Assembly (NCBI GenBank): GCA_041305185.1
Contig: JBFYLW010000003.1
Span: 2,692 to 66,691 of the forward strand
Source: Nanobdellota archaeon
GTDB lineage: Archaea; Nanobdellota; Nanobdellia; Woesearchaeales; ARS49
Length of the DNA stretch: 64,000 bases
Direction of reading: 5' to 3'
The notes below the pieces were generated by a model. That model ran no database searches and was not told the origin of the DNA. It saw nothing but the letters and a program-made list of their open reading frames with translations. Positions 19,137 to 28,397 of the stretch are shown here, piece after piece. A program made the position numbers and the translations under genes. Position 1 is the first letter of the stretch, and each line of letters begins with the position of its first letter.

Positions 19137-19343
19137 TTATTGTTTTTGTGCTTCGAGAATGACTTTTTTGTTCAGGTGCTTGCTTGCGTTCAGGACTTCA
19201 ACACCTAATAATTTGCCTTTATTGTCAAAATCTACGTTTATGTCTTCTTTCACAGTTATTGTTTTTTTGGCATCTCCATCTTTTATAGGGTATTCCAAAT
19301 AGAGATATGCTGCGTCCACTTCCTTGTCATATTCTATTTTCAT
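19137..19343 (-). CDS. DUF2283-family small protein (putative antitoxin-like partner)
   Basis: 'MKIEYDKEVDAAYLYLEYPIKDG...' matches DUF2283 consensus (MKIxYDxExDxLYI). Confidence 0.6.
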   Translation of the reverse strand: MKIEYDKEVDAAYLYLEYPIKDGDAKKTITVKEDINVDFDNKGKLLGVEVLNASKHLNKKVILEAQKQ

Positions 19344-19347
19344 GGTT

Positions 19348-19557
19348 TTACATTACGGTTATTATCTTTATATAACTTTTGATTGGTATTATTTTCACTA
19401 TTATTGTTCTGTTGTTAATTTCTCCGATGGCTTCTTGCGTTCCATCGAATGATTTGATTATTTGATTGGGGTATTTTAGCACTTGCTGTACTTCAAGTTC
19501 TGTTATTGCTCTTTGTTTCATCCTCCTTTTTGCGTGTTCTGAATAAATTATTTGCAC
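19348..19557 (-). CDS. DUF4258-family small protein (putative toxin-like partner)
   Basis: 'MQIIYSEHAKRRMKQRAITELEV' matches DUF4258 N-terminal consensus; 4-nt spacing to the DUF2283 gene. Confidence 0.6.
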   Translation of the reverse strand: MQIIYSEHAKRRMKQRAITELEVQQVLKYPNQIIKSFDGTQEAIGEINNRTIIVKIIPIKSYIKIITVM

Positions 19558-19662
19558 TTGATTGTATTGGCTGAGCTTGTTAATGGGTCTGTTGAATGAA
19601 ATCCTGTAAACTTTTCAGTTCATTCAGTAAATAATTCAGAAAAATGATATTTTTATGGAAAT

Positions 19663-20439
19663 TCAGTAATTTTCTTCTTCAAATGTTGTTCTCGCAGGCT
19701 CAAAGTGGTCTTTTAAGGAATTGTATACAGTTCTCATTTCGTTTATTTCTGTTATGCTGAGTTTTGTTTTGTTGCCTGCGTCTATTAGGTTGATTGCTTT
19801 TTTTAGCGAGTTGAATACTTCTCTTGCATAGCTTTCTTCTTGTCTGGTTAACATCATTGTGCCGTATACTGCTGCGACATAAAAGTGTCCTTCTGGCTCT
19901 TCTGGTTTGAATTCTGTGACTTTTCGTATGTCTTCCAGTGCTTTGTCTAAATAGTCGTTTTCTGTTTGTGCTACTTTGAGTCTTACCTGGAATCTGTGCC
20001 ATCTGTATTGTGCTGTGTCTTGTTTTTCTATTGCTTTTGTAAAGTTTTGTTCTGCAAAGCTTAGGAATCCCTCTCTTGCGCAGATGAGTCCTTTTGTGTC
20101 GTATGCTTTTTCTGTTTCCTGCAATGTTATTGCTTTGTCTATCCATTCGAGTGCTTGTTTTATGTCTCCGCTTTGCGACAGGCAGTCTGCATATTCTATC
20201 ATGGAGTCGTGTGTGTTGTTTCTTTTGAGCATTGCTGTGAAGAATGAGTTTCCTGCGCGGTTGTATAATTCTTTTTTTCGTGTTTTGTCTGTTTCAGTTT
20301 CTGCTGTGTATTTCAGCATCATGCCTTTGTGGTAATCGTTCACTCTTTCTTCCAGTATTGGCGTTTCTGTTTTTTGCGTGCTTGCGCAGCTTCCTAGAAG
20401 TATGCTTCCCGCGACCAGCGCTTCGAGTAAACGTTTCAT
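19663..20439 (-). CDS. TPR-repeat lipoprotein
   Basis: Signal+lipobox 'LLGSCAST'; TPR-like helical repeats (AxxxYxxAG, W/Y-rich pairs). Confidence 0.5.
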   Translation of the reverse strand: MKRLLEALVAGSILLGSCASTQKTETPILEERVNDYHKGMMLKYTAETETDKTRKKELYNRAGNSFFTAMLKRNNTHDSMIEYADCLSQSGDIKQALEWIDKAITLQETEKAYDTKGLICAREGFLSFAEQNFTKAIEKQDTAQYRWHRFQVRLKVAQTENDYLDKALEDIRKVTEFKPEEPEGHFYVAAVYGTMMLTRQEESYAREVFNSLKKAINLIDAGNKTKLSITEINEMRTVYNSLKDHFEPARTTFEEENY

Positions 20440-20472
20440 TTGCTTTAGGAAAGCGTTTTGGATTAATAAGTC

Positions 20473-20784
20473 TTACCAGTGTCCGCGTCTTATCCTGTTT
20501 GCTTGCTGCACTGTTGCTATTGGAGCAGTTACTACTTCGTCCATTTTCTTATTTAGGACGTGGTAGAGTGTTTGTGCTGTTCCCGGCATTTTTGGTATTT
20601 GTTCCATCAGCCCGTAGACTTGTTTTTCAAATTCAGGGTCTGCAAGCAGTCGTGACAGTTTGTATGCCTGTCTGGGCTTTTCAAACAAGTCAACTTCTGG
20701 TTCTTCTGATTGTTTCTCTGCCAGGGCAGCCATAGCGTATAAGGCAGTTCCTCTTAATGTTTCACTCAATGTGTATTCACTCAT
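20473..20784 (-). CDS. hypothetical protein
   Basis: 103-aa ORF in a 4-gene minus-strand cluster. Confidence 0.3.
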   Translation of the reverse strand: MSEYTLSETLRGTALYAMAALAEKQSEEPEVDLFEKPRQAYKLSRLLADPEFEKQVYGLMEQIPKMPGTAQTLYHVLNKKMDEVVTAPIATVQQANRIRRGHW

Positions 20785-20841
20785 GAGTAATGGAATTTCA
20801 GCAGGTGGTTTATAAAGCTTGCGTCGTGATGTGGAAAATTT

Positions 20842-21321
20842 CTAGGTTCCGTATGTGCATCTGAGTAATGCGATTTCAAGGTATCCTTGGCTGAAGCCGA
20901 GTGCTCCTGCTGCTTGTGCTATTGTTTCTGGGTGCGAATTTATTGCAGTTCGTAGTACATTATGACACCTGCTTCCGAGAAGATAGTTGCAGTCTTGTAT
21001 GTAATCTGCTATTCCTTTCATGTTTCCAAAGGCTCTTCCAAGCAGTGCAGATGCTGTGACTTCTCCTTTTGCGAATGCCGCCTGCATTTGCGTGTTTCTT
21101 TCTCTTAATGCAGAATCGCTTGATACTGCGAGTTCAGCAGTTTCGCAAATTCTTTCAAGTATTCCTCTTGAAGCCATTGATTCCAGTGCTGCAAGGTTTC
21201 CAAGCGCGTCTACTGCCTGTTCTGACGAGAAATTCATCAGATGCATTACGTGCGATACAAATGCAGGGTCTGCTTTTACAAGAGATCCTCCTGATCTTAA
21301 TGGCGATGTCATTTCATACAT
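20842..21321 (-). CDS. hypothetical protein
   Basis: 159-aa ORF, 9-nt spacing to next gene. Confidence 0.3.
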   Translation of the reverse strand: MYEMTSPLRSGGSLVKADPAFVSHVMHLMNFSSEQAVDALGNLAALESMASRGILERICETAELAVSSDSALRERNTQMQAAFAKGEVTASALLGRAFGNMKGIADYIQDCNYLLGSRCHNVLRTAINSHPETIAQAAGALGFSQGYLEIALLRCTYGT

Positions 21322-21330
21322 TTTGTTACC

Positions 21331-21798
21331 TCATCTGTTTTGTCCTATGATGTATTTTTGTGCTGCGGTGTACATTGCTGTTTCGATTGTTCTTCCGAAC
21401 TCTCTTACAAATGATTGTGGGTTTGGTATCGAGGTTCCATATCTTCTTCTGTGTTCTGATGCGAAATTTTTTCCTGCCTCGTTGACTGCATCTATTATTG
21501 TGCCTGACATGCTTGATGGAAGCACGTCGCTTAGGAAATCCGCTACCCCTTGTATTGTTCCTTTTGCTTTTTCAAGATAAAGTGTTTTGTGTACGTTTAG
21601 TTTTTCATATTCTGCTCTTTGTTCTTTGACTTCTTCAAGTCCGTCTTTTTTGAATAGTATTTTGCACCATCCCCTTATGCCTGTGGATTCTCTTTGCAGC
21701 CTGTCTGTTTCATCGACATGTTCTGCAACTTCTCCTACTTCTGAGTAGAATTTGTTCATTGCTTGAATTAATATTGTGTCGAATTCTTCAGGTGTCAT
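21331..21798 (-). CDS. hypothetical protein, tandem paralog of 21800..22261
   Basis: Shared motifs 'FDxILxxxMNxFYS', 'DExxRLQRESTGxRGWxKILFKxDGxEEVxxQRAEx', 'KAKGxxxGxxDF', 'RxYGxSxPxPxxFV'. Confidence 0.4.
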   Translation of the reverse strand: MTPEEFDTILIQAMNKFYSEVGEVAEHVDETDRLQRESTGIRGWCKILFKKDGLEEVKEQRAEYEKLNVHKTLYLEKAKGTIQGVADFLSDVLPSSMSGTIIDAVNEAGKNFASEHRRRYGTSIPNPQSFVREFGRTIETAMYTAAQKYIIGQNR

Positions 21799-21799
21799 T

Positions 21800-22261
21800 T
21801 TATCCTCCAGTGAGATATTTTTGTGATGCTTTATACATTTCTGTTTCTATTGCTTTGCCCAGTCCGCTTACGAATGCTTTTGGATCAGGGACTGAAAATC
21901 CATATTTTCTTTCATGGTTTGATATGTATTTGTTTACGGCTTTTGATGCTGCTTCTAATACTGCGTCTGCCATGTCTGGGGGCAAGGAGTCTCTTATGAA
22001 GTCTTTTATTCCGTATACTGCTCCTTTTGCTTTTCCTAAAAAGTATTCCATCCTTGTGGTGATTTGTTCAAGTTCTGCTCGTTGCTGGGTGACTTCTTCC
22101 ATACCGTCGTTCTTGAATAGGATTTTCACCCAGCCTCTAAGTCCTGTTGATTCTCTTTGCAGTCTGTTTGCCTCATCTATATCTTCTGATGCGTTGTATA
22201 GGTCTGAGTAGAAATTATTCATTGATGTCAGAAGGATTTCGTCAAAATTTTCAAGTGCCAT
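21800..22261 (-). CDS. hypothetical protein, tandem paralog of 21331..21798
   Basis: See paralog; 1-nt spacing. Confidence 0.4.
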   Translation of the reverse strand: MALENFDEILLTSMNNFYSDLYNASEDIDEANRLQRESTGLRGWVKILFKNDGMEEVTQQRAELEQITTRMEYFLGKAKGAVYGIKDFIRDSLPPDMADAVLEAASKAVNKYISNHERKYGFSVPDPKAFVSGLGKAIETEMYKASQKYLTGG

Positions 22262-22365
22262 GGCTTTTTTAAAATAAAAAACTGTATTTAAAGTTAACCA
22301 GCGTCGATTGTATATTTTCCATTGCGATACTTTTATTAATCCCTGTTTGCTTTTTTCATAAAAAG

Positions 22366-23016
22366 ATGGAAATCAATGTTTTGAAAAGCCCGGCTTTGCA
22401 GATAATGCTGGGTGTTTTGAGGAACAGGAAGACTGTTACGACTGATTTCAGGCGTAATTTGAGGTATGCTGGTTATTTGATGACTCATGAGATTCTCATG
22501 CACGAGTTCACTATGACCTCTTCTCCTATTATGACTCCTATTGCTAAATCAAAGTGTGCTGTTTTGAAAGAGAAGATTTTGCAGGTTATTGTTATGCGTG
22601 CAGGTGAGCCTTTTGCTGACGGCGGTGCAAGGCTTTTGGATGAGATTAATTCTGTGAGGGAGATTGGTGTTGTTGATGCTCACCGTGTTGAGAAGCCTGG
22701 TTTTAAGTTTGAGGTTGTTATGGGTTCTTTTAAGGTTCCTAAGTTTGACAAAAACACTATTGTGGTTGTTTATGACCCTATGCTTGCTACTGCTTCCACG
22801 CTTACAGAAATTCTGAAGCGTCTGAAAAAGCATGGTACGCCTAAGAAATTCATTATTTGTTCTATTATTGCTGCAGATTATGGCTTGAAGAGCCTGCAGA
22901 AGCATTTTCCTGAGCTGGTTGTTTACACTTTGGGTGTTGATAAGGAGCTTAACAGCAAGGGGTATATCGTGCCTGGTCTTGGCGATTGCGGCGACAGGGC
23001 TTTTGGGACTTATTAG
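22366..23016 (+). CDS. upp: uracil phosphoribosyltransferase
   Basis: PRPP-binding 'VVVYDPMLATASTL' and C-terminal UPRT signature 'GYIVPGLGDCGDRAFGT'. Confidence 0.8.
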   Translation: MEINVLKSPALQIMLGVLRNRKTVTTDFRRNLRYAGYLMTHEILMHEFTMTSSPIMTPIAKSKCAVLKEKILQVIVMRAGEPFADGGARLLDEINSVREIGVVDAHRVEKPGFKFEVVMGSFKVPKFDKNTIVVVYDPMLATASTLTEILKRLKKHGTPKKFIICSIIAADYGLKSLQKHFPELVVYTLGVDKELNSKGYIVPGLGDCGDRAFGTY

Positions 23017-23462
23017 AGTTCTACAAATTCTGTTTTTATCTGTTTGAGCGAGGCGAGTGATGTGATTTTGGCTATTCCTGGTCTTGAAATTACTGTTTTT
23101 AGCAGGTTGTAGTATTCGTCCTGGTCTTTGACTCTGACTTTTATTATCATTTCATAGTCTCCTGTGCAGACGTCTACGCTTTCTATCTGTGGGTGTTTTG
23201 CCAGGAGTTTTCCTATTCTTTCCGGGTCTCCGTACTCGTCTGGGGTTAAACTTATCAACACAAATGTGCAGAATCCTTCGTTTATTTTTTTGTAGTCAAA
23301 GACTGCCTTGTATGTTTTTATGGCTCCTTCCCGTTCCAGTTTTTTTATGTTGTAGTGTATTGTTGTTGAGGGCTCTTTGAGCTTTTTTGCTATCTTTGCT
23401 ATCTGCGGTGTGCAGTTGTTTGTTTTGAGCAATTCTATCAGTTTTGGGGCTATGTCTTTCAT
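23013..23462 (-). CDS. Lrp/AsnC-family transcriptional regulator
   Basis: HTH 'IAKIAKKLKEPSTTIHYNIKKLEREGAIKTY' + RAM domain; convergent 4-nt overlap with upp. Confidence 0.75.
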   Translation of the reverse strand: MKDIAPKLIELLKTNNCTPQIAKIAKKLKEPSTTIHYNIKKLEREGAIKTYKAVFDYKKINEGFCTFVLISLTPDEYGDPERIGKLLAKHPQIESVDVCTGDYEMIIKVRVKDQDEYYNLLKTVISRPGIAKITSLASLKQIKTEFVEL

Positions 23463-23674
23463 ATTATTGTATAGTATTCAACTATATATAAAGATTTCGA
23501 TTAAAAGTTGAATTTTATTCAACAATGAATGAGATGGTCGTCTTATTTTCTTCTGGGTGGCAGGTAAGGAAACGGCTGAATACGCATATAAGTATAGACG
23601 TATAAGCTAGTATATATATCATATGTAGAAAGTATATATTTATTCACGACAATTTTGCTTCTGAGGCGACTAAA
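23463..23674. promoter_or_regulatory. AT-rich divergent promoter region with palindrome and AGTATA repeats
   Basis: Inverted repeat gttgaat-ttt-attcaac; four AGTATA/TATATA boxes (agtatagacgtataagctagtatatatatcatatgtagaaagtatatattta) upstream of the 23675 operon and of the divergent Lrp gene. Confidence 0.4.
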
Positions 23675-24088
23675 ATGACTATTGACGACCTGATTACAGA
23701 GACTAAGAGTACAAAGGATAGGAAGATTGTGGTAAAGAAAATATTCAAGGAATACATGTCTGGAAACTGCAACCCGCTTGAGGCAGCGAACGCTATACAG
23801 GCAGTAATTGGAAGGGTTTCAGGTTACGTTTACAAAGGAACGCCGGGAAGTTTGAGCATTTCAAACTGTGTTGACAGGTACAGTGTGCCTGTAAATGCCT
23901 CTAACAACCGCGCTTACGAGAAGGTTGAGGAATTCAAGGCAGCTTTGAGGATTGTTGCGAGAGGGAATGGAAGAACTCAGATAGAGGACCATAATGGAAA
24001 GGGCTGTTCTACAAAGGACTACGCTGAGAAATTCTGGCAGTATGCTTTGGCTAGAGAGCAGGACGTGAGGGCGAAATATGCAGCTTGA
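23675..24088 (+). CDS. hypothetical protein (first gene of GHKL operon)
   Basis: 137 aa; no motif. Confidence 0.35.
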   Translation: MTIDDLITETKSTKDRKIVVKKIFKEYMSGNCNPLEAANAIQAVIGRVSGYVYKGTPGSLSISNCVDRYSVPVNASNNRAYEKVEEFKAALRIVARGNGRTQIEDHNGKGCSTKDYAEKFWQYALAREQDVRAKYAA

Positions 24089-24137
24089 GATGAGAACATG
24101 ATTGATTGTTTAAGAGAATTTTTGAGGGTGAGAAAAA

Positions 24138-26063
24138 ATGACTAATCTTAGTCAGATCGTGAATGAGAACAAGAAGTTGTTTCATCTTCTATTGAGTGAT
24201 TTGCATAATTTGGAAGATAAGAATAATTCAGGTATTGTTGCTCAGTATGAGTCTGGTTTGGACCAGATTTTGGATTCTGCAAAAGTTGAATTGCGCATGA
24301 TTGATTTTGCTGAACTGCGCGTTCAGGATTTGAGCGCTAGTTTGCTGGGCTTGATTGCTGAGAATAAGTCTGCCAGGGATAAAACTGCACATGATAATGT
24401 TCGTGAAATTGATAGACTTGTTTTTGATAAATATTTTCCCCAGTTTTCCGGTTTGGCAGAGAAATATTTAGCTGAATTGAGTAATCTGAAGAAGTCAGTT
24501 CTTGATAAGGAAGGTATGCGAAAGGCGAATGATTTCCTGCAGAGGCATCGCAAGGAGTACAAGAAGGCTTTCAATTCTAAAAATCGTGATGAATTGCAGG
24601 AATATGTTGTTCAAAAATATGAGGAGTACCGGCGTTCGGTTCAGAATAATGAGGGTGTCCAGCGCAGGTTGAAGAATTTGGATATGCTTATAGTTCCTGT
24701 AAGGCTTCATTACCGTTCTGATGGGGTTGTTGTTGTGACAGATCCTGTTCTGAAAAACCCTTCTGAAGAGCTTATGTCGAATTATGTCGGTTCTGATATC
24801 AGGGATGTTGTGATTGAGCGATTGAAGAGTGCTGGTTTTGTTCCTCATTTCATTGAGACTTGGGAAGGTGAAGGGTCTAAAGAGAGTAAACTGGCTGTTG
24901 AAAGTAAACCAGGTTTAGAATCAAAGCTGCCTGAACCGAAGCCTGAAGCCGTAAAATCTGAAGTTCCAAAGCCTGAAAGCGATTTCAAGTACAATGTTAA
25001 GGATTTGGCGCGGGAGCTTGGTGTTCCAAGTTCCAAGATTGATAATTATTTGCGGAAAAAGCATCCTGAATTGTTCCAGCAGAGCAAACTTTTTCCTGAG
25101 GGTCGTAAGAATGTTTTCACTCGTTTGTATTCGCAGAATGTTCTTGACCACTTGAAGGATTATATTGCGCCTAAACAGCGGGACTTCAGGGGGGTTTTGG
25201 ATGAAAAAGCTGTTCAGATTACCAATCTGCTTGAAAAGGGTAAATCAGATGCGGATATCGCAAAACAGTTTGGTGTAAGTCCTGTAACCATTAGTCGTTT
25301 CAAGGAAAGTATTGGTTTGTGGAGTTCGCGTTATTTGAAAGCTAATTATCCTGCTCTTGATGATATTGCTTTGAAAACCATGCCGGGTGTCGCTTCTTAC
25401 CCGAAGGACAGCATTAGGGAGCAGATGATTCTGAAGTCAATTGATGGTTTGAATGGCGAGATTAATTATTTGGGTTTGGAAGGCGCTCATTTTGGTAGTT
25501 ACATTCTTTTGAATGATTTCTTCAAGGTTAATCCTTCAAAAAGTTTGGTTGCTGAGAACAATCCGCTTGATTACAGGATTATGCGTTCTGTTGTTGATAA
25601 CTGGAAGGTTTTCAAGCCTGGTAAACTGCATTCTAAGGATGGCAGTATTTTCAATGGCTTGAATGTTTACGAGGGTAATCTGGGCGAGGCTGTTCGTGAT
25701 TTCTCAAAGAGCAATGAATGCAAATGGAACCTGATTAATCTTGATTATACTGGTTGTATCAATGATGAGAAAGTAAAGACTCTTGAGTTGTTGTTTGATG
25801 GAAAATTAATCGCGGATAATGGTTTGATGTTTGTTACTTTGAATGATGATGAGCAGATGCGCGAGCGCGTCAGGACTGGCGCTGGCTTGAATGGAAAGGC
25901 TCCTTCACAGGGTTATGGTACTCCTGACCAGATGGCTGTTGTTGATGCCTGTTTGAAGCGTTTCTCTGAGCGTAATGGTTATTCTGTTGAGAGGATAAAT
26001 GATGCAAGGTATTCTTGCAAGGAGAGGCAGATGCTGGCTCTTGCTTACAGGGTGAAAAAATGA
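24138..26063 (+). CDS. large multidomain protein: N-terminal coiled-coil, K/P/E-rich linker, HTH region, C-terminal possible Rossmann/MTase-like domain
   Basis: HTH-like 'SDADIAKQFGVSPVTISRFKESIG'; low-complexity linker 'KPGLESKLPEPKPEAVKSEVPKPES'; Gly-rich 'INYLGLEGAHFGSY' then 'NLINLDYTG' (weak MTase-like). Confidence 0.4.
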   Translation: MTNLSQIVNENKKLFHLLLSDLHNLEDKNNSGIVAQYESGLDQILDSAKVELRMIDFAELRVQDLSASLLGLIAENKSARDKTAHDNVREIDRLVFDKYFPQFSGLAEKYLAELSNLKKSVLDKEGMRKANDFLQRHRKEYKKAFNSKNRDELQEYVVQKYEEYRRSVQNNEGVQRRLKNLDMLIVPVRLHYRSDGVVVVTDPVLKNPSEELMSNYVGSDIRDVVIERLKSAGFVPHFIETWEGEGSKESKLAVESKPGLESKLPEPKPEAVKSEVPKPESDFKYNVKDLARELGVPSSKIDNYLRKKHPELFQQSKLFPEGRKNVFTRLYSQNVLDHLKDYIAPKQRDFRGVLDEKAVQITNLLEKGKSDADIAKQFGVSPVTISRFKESIGLWSSRYLKANYPALDDIALKTMPGVASYPKDSIREQMILKSIDGLNGEINYLGLEGAHFGSYILLNDFFKVNPSKSLVAENNPLDYRIMRSVVDNWKVFKPGKLHSKDGSIFNGLNVYEGNLGEAVRDFSKSNECKWNLINLDYTGCINDEKVKTLELLFDGKLIADNGLMFVTLNDDEQMRERVRTGAGLNGKAPSQGYGTPDQMAVVDACLKRFSERNGYSVERINDARYSCKERQMLALAYRVKK

Positions 26064-26524
26064 ATGATTGGCAGTTAGAGTTCAAGGCTTGGTATGATAA
26101 GCATTACGGCGGTAAAATGCAGAGCGAGTTTGTCAGGGACAGCGGTCTTGCAAGGAGCACTTGGATTGCTTATTTGAAAACTCCTGTTGATTTGTCTCGT
26201 TTGTCAAAAAAAGCCAAGAGTAGTTTGTACAAGCTTACCGGGCTTGATTGTTTCAAGGTTGAAGGTGTTGAAAAGGTTGTTGAGAATAAAGACGTAAAGC
26301 AGCCTGACCTTGTTAAGCAGACTGTTTCTGTTTTTTATGAGCTTGCTCAGAAGCTTGAGGGTTTTAAAGCTTCTCCTGAATTGCGCGAGCAGTTGATTGC
26401 GAAACTGCCTAAGATGGATGTTGGCAGGCTTACTGCTTTGCTTCACGCTGTTTACAAGCCTAAGGATGATTTTGATCAGTGGTTGATGATTTCTGGATAT
26501 GTTTACCAGGGAGAGAGAAAATGA
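26060..26524 (+). CDS. hypothetical protein (ATGA-coupled)
   Basis: Start ATG 26060 overlaps upstream TGA; 154 aa. Confidence 0.35.
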   Translation: MNDWQLEFKAWYDKHYGGKMQSEFVRDSGLARSTWIAYLKTPVDLSRLSKKAKSSLYKLTGLDCFKVEGVEKVVENKDVKQPDLVKQTVSVFYELAQKLEGFKASPELREQLIAKLPKMDVGRLTALLHAVYKPKDDFDQWLMISGYVYQGERK

Positions 26525-28065
26525 AAATTCCATATGAGTTGAAAAATACTGATTTTATTATTGGTCAGATTTCGCAGTTGTACGCTTCTGACCCTGTTGG
26601 AGCTTTGAAGGAATATGTTACTAATGCTATTGATGCTTTTAGTGATGCTTCTTTGAAGGGCAGGAAGAAGGATGCTCGTATTGGGGTTGTTGTTAACAAG
26701 GAAGAGGGCACTATTGTTGTTCAGGATAATGCTCTTGGTATGAGTTATGATTTCTTGTGCTCGATTCCGAGCTCAATTGGTGAGAGTTCAAGGCGTGGCA
26801 TTAAGGAAATGCGTGGTGAGAAGGCTTTTGGTATGCTTGCTTATTGCGGTTTTGGCGATAAGGCTAGTGTTTTGACAAGGACTGGCGCTGATAATGGGAA
26901 TTACAGCAGTTTGCAGATGAAGCGTGGAGAGCCTGAAGCTGACGCTGGCCGTTTGGAAGCTCGTGTTGTTGACCGTACTGAGGGTTTTGCCAGTGGCACT
27001 CGTGTTACGATTACCGGCGTTCCTAAGAAGACTATTGAAGATTATTTTACTCCTCAGAAGCTTAAGCGCGCTCTTGGCGAGACTTATGAGCCTATTATTC
27101 GTGCCGATGAGGTCGGTATTTATGTTGGCTGGCACGGCAGGAATGAGCGTTTGGAAAAAGTTGAGCCTCCTGAGCATAAGGGCGAGAATATTCTGGCTGA
27201 TTCAGAGGAAACCACTAAAAAGGTTATCCGTCTTGCGAACGGTTCTCTTGTTACCGGCAGGCTTGATGTTAATTTGTGGCTGAATCCTGAGGGAGTGAAT
27301 GATAAGGTTGGTCTTTACTGCAAGGGTGTTCGGGCTATTGAGTCTGTTGGCAGGCTGAAAGAGCTTGAGGATTTGTGGAGCAGCGGCAAGCTTTCAGGTT
27401 ATGTTAATGCTGATTTTGTTTCTTTGACGCCTGACCGTGATGGTCTTGTTCGTGATGCTGGTTTTGATTGTCTTGTGGAGTTGTTGAAGGCTTACGAGCC
27501 GGTTTTGAATGAGCAGATTAAGAAGGCTGTTGACCAGACTGTGAAGAAGAAGGCTGATAGCCTTCTTGAGCAGATTGCTGAAAAGCTTGGCGATGTTTAT
27601 GCTAGAAAGCCTAATCCTTTCACAAAAGGGACTGGTGGATCTTTGAAGGAGCCCAGGAAGCCTGGTGTTCTTCGTGATAAGCCCAGAAAGCATAATTGTC
27701 CTTTTGCGCTTGACATTCTTGATTTTGATGCGGGTGATGCTCATAAGCGTTACAAGCTTGAGGAGGATGACTGGATTTTGATTAATTCTGGTCATAATGA
27801 TTTCAAGCAGCTTGCTTTTGGCCGTGGCGTGAAGGATAAGGATGCTTTGCAGTATTTTGCTGCGGTTATTGCTAATGCTGCTGCGTTTTCAGATTATGTT
27901 GACGGCAGGAAGGCTTTGGCAAAGGCTTCCAAGGAGGAGTATGATTCGAAAGCGCAGATGACTGCTGAATCCCAGCAGGCTATTGCTGAGCGTTCTATTG
28001 AGCTGAAGCTTGATTTGCTGGATACTTTTGGCATTATCAGGAAGAGAAAGAAGACGGAGGGATGA
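26521..28065 (+). CDS. GHKL-superfamily ATPase (HATPase_c_3 / MORC- or MutL-like Bergerat fold) with long C-terminal region
   Basis: N-box 'LKEYVTNAIDA' (ExxxNAxDA), G1 box 'VVQDNALGMS' (DxGxG), G2 'GEKAFGMLAYCGFG'; ATGA overlap both ends. Confidence 0.7.
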   Translation: MKIPYELKNTDFIIGQISQLYASDPVGALKEYVTNAIDAFSDASLKGRKKDARIGVVVNKEEGTIVVQDNALGMSYDFLCSIPSSIGESSRRGIKEMRGEKAFGMLAYCGFGDKASVLTRTGADNGNYSSLQMKRGEPEADAGRLEARVVDRTEGFASGTRVTITGVPKKTIEDYFTPQKLKRALGETYEPIIRADEVGIYVGWHGRNERLEKVEPPEHKGENILADSEETTKKVIRLANGSLVTGRLDVNLWLNPEGVNDKVGLYCKGVRAIESVGRLKELEDLWSSGKLSGYVNADFVSLTPDRDGLVRDAGFDCLVELLKAYEPVLNEQIKKAVDQTVKKKADSLLEQIAEKLGDVYARKPNPFTKGTGGSLKEPRKPGVLRDKPRKHNCPFALDILDFDAGDAHKRYKLEEDDWILINSGHNDFKQLAFGRGVKDKDALQYFAAVIANAAAFSDYVDGRKALAKASKEEYDSKAQMTAESQQAIAERSIELKLDLLDTFGIIRKRKKTEG

Positions 28066-28397
28066 AAATGTCATTGGAAAGAGCATACAATAACTGCAGA
28101 ATCTGTTATTTCGAATTAAAAGGAACCGGCTTTCAGAGTAGAGTAGTAAAACCAAGTTTTGGAGAAATACTCGTAAGTAGCAATCATGGTGAAAGGGCGA
28201 TGAACGAGGCGATGAAAGCACTTGAGGAAGAGATTCCTTCAGAGTTTCGTTCTGGTTGTGTAACAATGGAAAGAAGAAGGCCTGCTTATGAAGCCTTGAA
28301 AGTTTGTGCTAAATGTGATGGTAAAAGTCCGGCCATTGCAGAGTTTCTTGAAAAAGCATTGACGGACATTTTTGGAAAGAAGGAGGAACAAAAATGA
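28062..28397 (+). CDS. small zinc-ribbon-like protein
   Basis: Two CxxC pairs ('CRIC' near N-terminus, 'CAKC' near C-terminus); ATGA-coupled. Confidence 0.4.
   Translation: MKMSLERAYNNCRICYFELKGTGFQSRVVKPSFGEILVSSNHGERAMNEAMKALEEEIPSEFRSGCVTMERRRPAYEALKVCAKCDGKSPAIAEFLEKALTDIFGKKEEQK

Noticed and set aside
19700-20146. 148-aa R/K-rich ORF overlapping the TPR lipoprotein gene in another frame
   Set aside because: Arg/Lys-rich composition typical of out-of-frame translation of an AT-rich coding region; the TPR lipoprotein frame has signal peptide and repeats.
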